Part shown: in pieces, positions 58,914-64,000 of the stretch
Position numbering within the stretch: the stretch's first letter is position 1
Layout: each line of letters begins with the position of its first letter
Assembly (NCBI GenBank): GCA_963697385.1
Contig: CAVONU010000006.1
Location: 350,343-414,342 of the forward strand
From: an uncultured Acidimicrobiales bacterium
Lineage (GTDB): Bacteria; Actinomycetota; Acidimicrobiia; Acidimicrobiales; CAWCAL01
Direction: 5' to 3'
DNA length: 64,000 nucleotides
Position numbers and translations under genes: made by a program
Notes under the pieces: generated by a model
What the model saw: the letters and a program-made list of their open reading frames with translations, nothing else
The model's database searches: none
What the model was told of the DNA's origin: nothing

Positions 58914-59671
58914 GACAACCGTTCGATGAGGTTGATGGCCAGCTCCCGGTAGGCCTGCGCCACGGTGGAGCGGGGCGCGTGCTCGAAGATCGATCGGCCC
59001 TGGCCGGGTGCCTCGGCGGCCCGCACCGACTTGGGGATCGACGGGTCGAGCATCTCGACCCCATACCGGTCGGTGACATCGGCCCGCACCTGACGGCCCA
59101 GGTTGGTGCGTCGATCGAACATGGTGGCGACCGCGCCGATCACCTCGAGCCCGTCGTTGGTGTACGAGCGGACGTCCTCGATGGTCTCCAGCAGCTGGCC
59201 GACGCCACGATGCGACAGCGTCTCGCACTGCATGGGGATGAGCACGCCGTCGGCGGCGGTGAGCCCGCAGATGGTGAGGATGCCCAGCGACGGCGGACAG
59301 TCGATGAGAATGACGTCGTACTCGTCGGCGACCGGGCGCAGCGCTCGACCGAGTGCGAACTCCCGGCCGGTACGGGTGAGCAGGTGGACCTCGGCGCCGG
59401 CCAGGTCGATGGTGGCGGGCAGCAGGGCCAGGTTGCCGGTCTTGCTGATGACGTCGCCGGCTTCGCATCGTCCGAGCAGCACGTCGTGGAGCGACCGCTC
59501 GAGGAGCTCGGGATCGACGCCCGCCGAGTAGGTGAGACAGGCCTGGGGGTCCAGGTCCACCAGCAGCACACGGAGTCCTTCGTCGGCCAGCGCGGTGCCG
59601 AGCGACAGCGAGGTCGTGGTCTTGGCCACCCCGCCCTTCTGGTTGGCGACCGCGATGGTGGTGGTGCTCAC
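58910..59671 (-). CDS. ParA/Soj-family ATPase
   Basis: GTG 59671. TIAVANQKGGVAKTTTSLSLG (deviant Walker A), VLLVDLDPQ, YDVILIDCPPSLG. Confidence 0.85.
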   Translation of the reverse strand: MSTTTIAVANQKGGVAKTTTSLSLGTALADEGLRVLLVDLDPQACLTYSAGVDPELLERSLHDVLLGRCEAGDVISKTGNLALLPATIDLAGAEVHLLTRTGREFALGRALRPVADEYDVILIDCPPSLGILTICGLTAADGVLIPMQCETLSHRGVGQLLETIEDVRSYTNDGLEVIGAVATMFDRRTNLGRQVRADVTDRYGVEMLDPSIPKSVRAAEAPGQGRSIFEHAPRSTVAQAYRELAINLIERLS

Positions 59672-59708
59672 CGCGAGCACGCTAGCGGTCCCGCAGTAGG
59701 GTCGGAAT

Positions 59709-60254
59709 GTGACTTCTTCCGCACTCGTTTCCCACCTGTTGGACCACTCGGTTCGGACCGGGGAGTTCACCCTCAAGTCGGGCAAGGCCTCCACCTGGTT
59801 CATCGATGCCAAGCAGACGGCGTGCCGATCCGACGGCATTCTGCTGGTGGCCGACGCCCTCCTGGCGATCCTGCCCGACGACGTCACGGCCATCGGCGGC
59901 CTGGCCGCCGGCGCCGATCCCGTCGCGTTCGGCGTCGCTGCGGTGGCGGCCACCCGGGGACGCGAGCTCCGGTCCTTCTCCATCCGGAAGGAGGCCAAGG
60001 ACCATGGCGTCCAGGGCCGATTGGCCGGTGCACTGCAGCCTGGCGACAAGGTGTGCATCACCGAGGACACGGTGACGCGGGGCAGATCCCCGATGGAGGC
60101 CGCCGGCGTGGTGCGTGAGCTGGGCGCCGACCCGGTCATGATCACCCCCATCGTCGATCGGGGCGGGACCTGCGGCGAGATGGCTGCAGCCGAGGGCATA
60201 GACTTCAGGCCCCTCGTCACCGCTCTCGATCTGGGGTTCGACTATGAGTCCTGA
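59709..60254 (+). CDS. pyrE: orotate phosphoribosyltransferase
   Basis: GEFTLKSGKASTWFIDAKQ... and the PRPP motif KVCITEDTVTRGRS. Confidence 0.9.
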   Translation: MTSSALVSHLLDHSVRTGEFTLKSGKASTWFIDAKQTACRSDGILLVADALLAILPDDVTAIGGLAAGADPVAFGVAAVAATRGRELRSFSIRKEAKDHGVQGRLAGALQPGDKVCITEDTVTRGRSPMEAAGVVRELGADPVMITPIVDRGGTCGEMAAAEGIDFRPLVTALDLGFDYES

Positions 60255-60516
60255 CCTGCATCCGACCCGGCGCTTCCTCGCCGGCATCGCCGCCGTCGCC
60301 TTGTCCGTCACCGTGCTGGTTGGCTGCGGGGGCGGCGGGTCGTCGCTCAACGACGATCTGCGGGCCGCGCTCGGCGACGAACTGGCCGACTGCCTCGACG
60401 ACAACCTCGACGACGAGGTCATCGACGCGCTCAACGAGGAGGGCATCGATTTCGACGTGATGAGCGAGGCCACGTCCGACGCCTACGCGGCAGCCCTCAC
60501 CGTCTGCCAGCCGTAG
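60244..60516 (+). CDS. small acidic lipoprotein
   Basis: Signal/lipobox FLAGIAAVALSVTVLVGCGG, then an Asp/Glu-rich body. Confidence 0.6.
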   Translation: MSPDLHPTRRFLAGIAAVALSVTVLVGCGGGGSSLNDDLRAALGDELADCLDDNLDDEVIDALNEEGIDFDVMSEATSDAYAAALTVCQP

Positions 60517-60609
60517 GGCGCCCGCCTTGGCGGGCTCCCCGCCGTACTCCTTGGCCGGAGTCGGCGATTGGTTTCGCGACTCGAATCCGGTCCGCGCTAG
60601 CTTGCCCCG

Positions 60610-62010
60610 GTGGCTGACACACCTACCGCTGCCTTCTCCATCCGCATCCGCGCCCGGCTCGACAACGTGCCGGGCACGTTGGGCCGGCTGACATCGGCCG
60701 TCGGCGCGGTCGGCGGCAACATCGCCGGACTGACCGGGTTCGAGGCCAAGGCCGAGATCCTCGACGAGGACATGATCATCAACTGTCGTAGCGAGGCGCA
60801 CCAGCGCGAGGTGCTGGACGCGATCGAGGCGTGCGACGGCGTCGAGTTGCTCTCGTGGGAGGACCGCACCTTCACCATGCACGAGGGCGGCAAGATCGAG
60901 GTGCTCCCGCTCTGTTCGGTCGGTGACCGCGATGACCTGTCCATGGCGTACACCCCCGGGGTCGCCCGGGTCTGCATGGACATCGCCAAGGATCCCGCCA
61001 AGGCCCACGAGTACACGATCAAGCGCAACACGGTGGCGATCGTCTCCGACGGCACCGCCGTCCTGGGGCTCGGCGACATCGGAGCGGCGGCGGCCATGCC
61101 GGTCATGGAAGGCAAGGCGCTGTTGTTCAAGGAGTTCGCCGGCGTCGATGCCTTCCCGGTGTGCCTCGACGTGAGCTCGCTGGACGAGATCGTCGAGACG
61201 GTGATCCGGATCGCGCCCACGTTCGGCGGGATCAACCTCGAGGACATCGCCGCTCCGGGAGCATTCGAGGTCGAGGAGCGGCTCGACGCCCGACTCGACA
61301 TCCCCGTCTTCCACGACGACCAGCACGGCACCGCCGTGGTCACGACCGCCGCCCTCCAGAACGCTCTCGAAGTGGTCGGCAAGGACATGACCGAGATCTC
61401 GGTGGTGATCGCCGGCGTAGGGGCCGCCGGGGTGGCGATCACCAAGATGCTCCAGGGCCGGGGTGTTCCCAGTGTGGTCGGGGTGGACCGCAAGGGAGCG
61501 GTGCACCAGGATCGCGACGATCTCAACAGCTCGAAGCGTTGGTTCGCCGAACACACCAATCCCGAGGGGCTGAGCGGCAGCCTTCGCGAGGTGCTCCCCG
61601 GCGCCGACGTCTTCATCGGTGTGAGCGGACCGGGACTCTTGACCCGCGAGGACCTCACCACCATGGCCGACGGTCCCATCGTGTTCGCCATGGCCAATCC
61701 CGACCCCGAGATCCGCCCGGAGGAGGCGCGTGGCGTCGCTTCGGTCATCGCCACCGGGCGCAGCGACTTCCCCAACCAGATCAACAACGTGCTGGCCTTC
61801 CCCGGCATCTTCCGAGGAGCCCTCGACGCGGGGGCGACCCGGATCACCGACGGGATGAAGCAGGCGGCCGCCGAGGCCATCGCCCGGGCCGTGCCGCGCG
61901 AGGAACTCAGCGCCGACTACATCGTGCCCTCGGTGTTCGACAAGACCGTGGTCGAGCTCGTGGCAGCGGCCGTCCGCGACGCCGCCGTCGCGGACGGTGT
62001 CGTTCGCTGA
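60610..62010 (+). CDS. NAD(P)-dependent malic enzyme with N-terminal ACT-like domain
   Basis: LSMAYTPGVARVC, VSDGTAVLGLGDIGAAAAMPVMEGKALLFKEFAGVDAFP, VIAGVGAAGVAI, FPNQINNVLAFPGIFRGALD. Confidence 0.92.
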   Translation: MADTPTAAFSIRIRARLDNVPGTLGRLTSAVGAVGGNIAGLTGFEAKAEILDEDMIINCRSEAHQREVLDAIEACDGVELLSWEDRTFTMHEGGKIEVLPLCSVGDRDDLSMAYTPGVARVCMDIAKDPAKAHEYTIKRNTVAIVSDGTAVLGLGDIGAAAAMPVMEGKALLFKEFAGVDAFPVCLDVSSLDEIVETVIRIAPTFGGINLEDIAAPGAFEVEERLDARLDIPVFHDDQHGTAVVTTAALQNALEVVGKDMTEISVVIAGVGAAGVAITKMLQGRGVPSVVGVDRKGAVHQDRDDLNSSKRWFAEHTNPEGLSGSLREVLPGADVFIGVSGPGLLTREDLTTMADGPIVFAMANPDPEIRPEEARGVASVIATGRSDFPNQINNVLAFPGIFRGALDAGATRITDGMKQAAAEAIARAVPREELSADYIVPSVFDKTVVELVAAAVRDAAVADGVVR

Positions 62011-62012
62011 CG

Positions 62013-62744
62013 TTGGGAACGAACCACCCGGCGGGGGTCACGTTCGACTACTGGAACACGCTGATCGCCGTCGGCGGCGCACCCCACCGGGAGAACCGGA
62101 TCGAGGCGTGGGTGGCCACGCTGGCCGCCCACGGTGTCGCCGCGCGTCCCGAGGAGGTCGCCACCGCGATGGAGCAGCAGGCGGCGGTACTCGACGATCG
62201 GTGGAGTGCCGGAGTCCACTATCCGCCCGAGGATGTGGTCGCCGACACCGCCGCAGCCCTCGGCGTGGACGATGCCGCGGTCGTCGACGCGTTGCGCGAG
62301 GCGCAGAACGCAGCGGTCCGGGGAGCGTCGTTCCAACTGGCGGCCGGAGCGGTCGGCGTCCTGCGGAGGTTGCGAGCCGCCGACGTCCGGATCGGGATCG
62401 TCTGCGATGTCGGCGTGACACCGTCGTCGGTGCTGAGGGCTCACCTCGAGCGCCACGACGTGCTCGGCTACTTCGACGCGTTCGCGTTCAGCGACGAGGT
62501 GGGCGTCTACAAACCCGACGCCCGGATCTTCGAGGCCGCATTGGAGTCGATGGGGATCGGGCCCGCCGCCGCAGCCCACGTGGGCGATCTGCGCCGCACG
62601 GACGTGACGGGAGCCAACGCCCTGGGCATGACCTCGGTGCGGTACGCAGGCCTGTTCGACGACGCGGAGCACGACGGACCCGACGCCCATCACGTCATCG
62701 ACCACCACGACCAGCTTCCAGGAGTTCTGGGCATCCCGACCTAG
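62013..62744 (+). CDS. HAD-superfamily hydrolase
   Basis: TTG 62013 (start uncertain). VTFDYWNTLI (motif I, DxW variant), GIVCDVG, VYKPDARIFEAAL, HVGDLRRTDVTGANALGM. Confidence 0.7.
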   Translation: MGTNHPAGVTFDYWNTLIAVGGAPHRENRIEAWVATLAAHGVAARPEEVATAMEQQAAVLDDRWSAGVHYPPEDVVADTAAALGVDDAAVVDALREAQNAAVRGASFQLAAGAVGVLRRLRAADVRIGIVCDVGVTPSSVLRAHLERHDVLGYFDAFAFSDEVGVYKPDARIFEAALESMGIGPAAAAHVGDLRRTDVTGANALGMTSVRYAGLFDDAEHDGPDAHHVIDHHDQLPGVLGIPT

Positions 62745-62793
62745 TGGGTTGAGTCCTCTGCCTCAGGAGGCGGCCGGCGGCGCTGCCTAGGGT

Positions 62794-64000
62794 GTGGTCA
62801 CGATTGCGAGGCGAATGGGAGTTGGCGTGGACCCACGGCGGGTGAGTTCTGTCCACGGACCGGTCGGCGCGACGCGCTGCGGTCCGTTGGGTCTCGCAGC
62901 GCGACTCGGATTGGTCGTGCTGCTGGCCCTCACGGCGCTGGTGTCGGTCCCACGCCTCGCCGAAGCGACCCAGGTGAATCCTCCCGCCGCCCAGACGTGT
63001 GGAGCCGACCTGGTGCTGGTGCTGGACAGCGTCCAGCTCGATTCGCGGTCTGGGTGGAGCGTCCGATCGCAACGGCGCCGCCGATGACGTCGTCGCCGCA
63101 GCGCGTGCGTTTCTCGACTCGGTGTCCGGGACCGGCGCCCGGGTCGCCATCGTGAGCTATGACGCGGCGGCCATCGTCCAGTCCGGGTTCACGGTCGTCG
63201 ACGATGACTCGATGGGCCCCGGAGGAGCGCTCGCGCGCGCACTCGGCGATCCCGGCGGGTCGACCGGACCGGTGCCGGCGACGGCCACCGGGTACAGCGG
63301 TCACGTCCGCGACGGTCAGGGGACCAACTGGGAGGCCGCGCTCGACGAAGCACGACGGCTGATCGAACGCTCTCGCGATGCCGGATCCGCGGCCGTGGTG
63401 CACGTCACCGACGGCGAGCCCACCTGGCACGTCCGGGCCGACGGTTCGTCCACGGGACTCGGGACAGCGCTGGAGCATCTCGGCAATGCGGTGGTCCCCG
63501 CCGACCTCATCAAGTCCGCCGGGGCACACATCTACGCCGTGGGGGTCGGTCCGGCCGCGGACAATGTGGACGCGCTGATCGCGACGTCCGGGCCCGACGT
63601 CTACGACCAGTCGGACCTGTCGGACATCCTGGATCCCGTTTCCGACGACGTGCTGCTGGTGTCCGATCCGAGCCGGCTCGAGGACAGTCTGGGCCGCTTC
63701 GCCGAGGCCGCCTGCGGGGCCTCCCTCACCGTGCGGGTGCTGACCGGCACCACCGCCGCCGGGCCCTTCTCGGCCGCCGAGGGTTGGGTGGTGACGGCGT
63801 CGCCGGTGGCGACCCGTGGCTACGACTGGGTCCTTCCCGACCCCGCACCGGCCACCGCGAAGACGACGGCGACCGGCGAGGGCGGAGCGACCAGATTCGC
63901 CTGGGCGGTGACCGATGACGACGCCTGGGTGGCGACGATCGCCGTCGAGGTCCCGCAACGCGACGGGTACCGCGTCCTGGACGGGATCTGTGGCCGAGAC
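62794..64000 (+). pseudogene. secreted von Willebrand factor A-domain protein, 1-nt insertion in the MIDAS codons; 3' end outside window
   Basis: Signal-like N-terminus then ...CGADLVLVLDS in one frame. SSSIRGLGGASDRNGAADDVVAAARAFLDSVSGTGARVAIVSYD...GTNWEAALDEARRLI...VVHVTDGEPT continues in the next frame, open to 64000. Removing the g near 63030 restores DSSSS. Confidence 0.65.

Overview
GC-rich sequence (third codon positions are almost all G/C) with actinobacterial-type gene content. All family calls come from motifs I recognised in the supplied translations and in my own translations; no searches were run. The window falls into three zones. (i) 1-14.2 kb looks accessory. It holds a minus-strand operon of glutamate decarboxylase, a multi-pass membrane protein and a CASTOR/POLLUX-like RCK channel. 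It also holds an arylsulfatase, a minimal TVGYGD K+ channel, a frameshifted flippase-like/kinase-like membrane gene, a divergent SDR/TetR pair, and a convergent pair of 2TM-domain paralogues, each next to an NTF2/SnoaL-like gene. (ii) 14.2-24.6 kb is a stack of three tyrosine-integrase modules anchored on tRNA-Gly(CCC). It has an exact 45-bp att duplication and arm-type repeats. Almost every cargo gene is disrupted: vapBC, a TetR, two excisionase-like HTH genes, a GH43 and one integrase. (iii) 24.6-64 kb is mostly core. It contains dcd, an FtsX-type permease, a NarI/HdrD-like Fe-S reductase, amtB-glnK, gpmA, dnaK-grpE-dnaJ-hspR and clpB. A purine supercluster (purA, D, E, B, C, S, Q, L, F, M) is interleaved with RDD-family membrane genes, followed by a parA-like gene, pyrE, malic enzyme, a HAD hydrolase and a vWA protein. 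I saw no rRNA, CRISPR array, transposase or reverse transcriptase. The most unusual signals are the tRNA-anchored tandem integrative-element array, the non-random density of frame-disrupted genes, a 61-bp perfect inverted repeat inside two otherwise diverged convergent genes, and a heptamer repeat array inside one element. I found no single clear novel multi-gene system.
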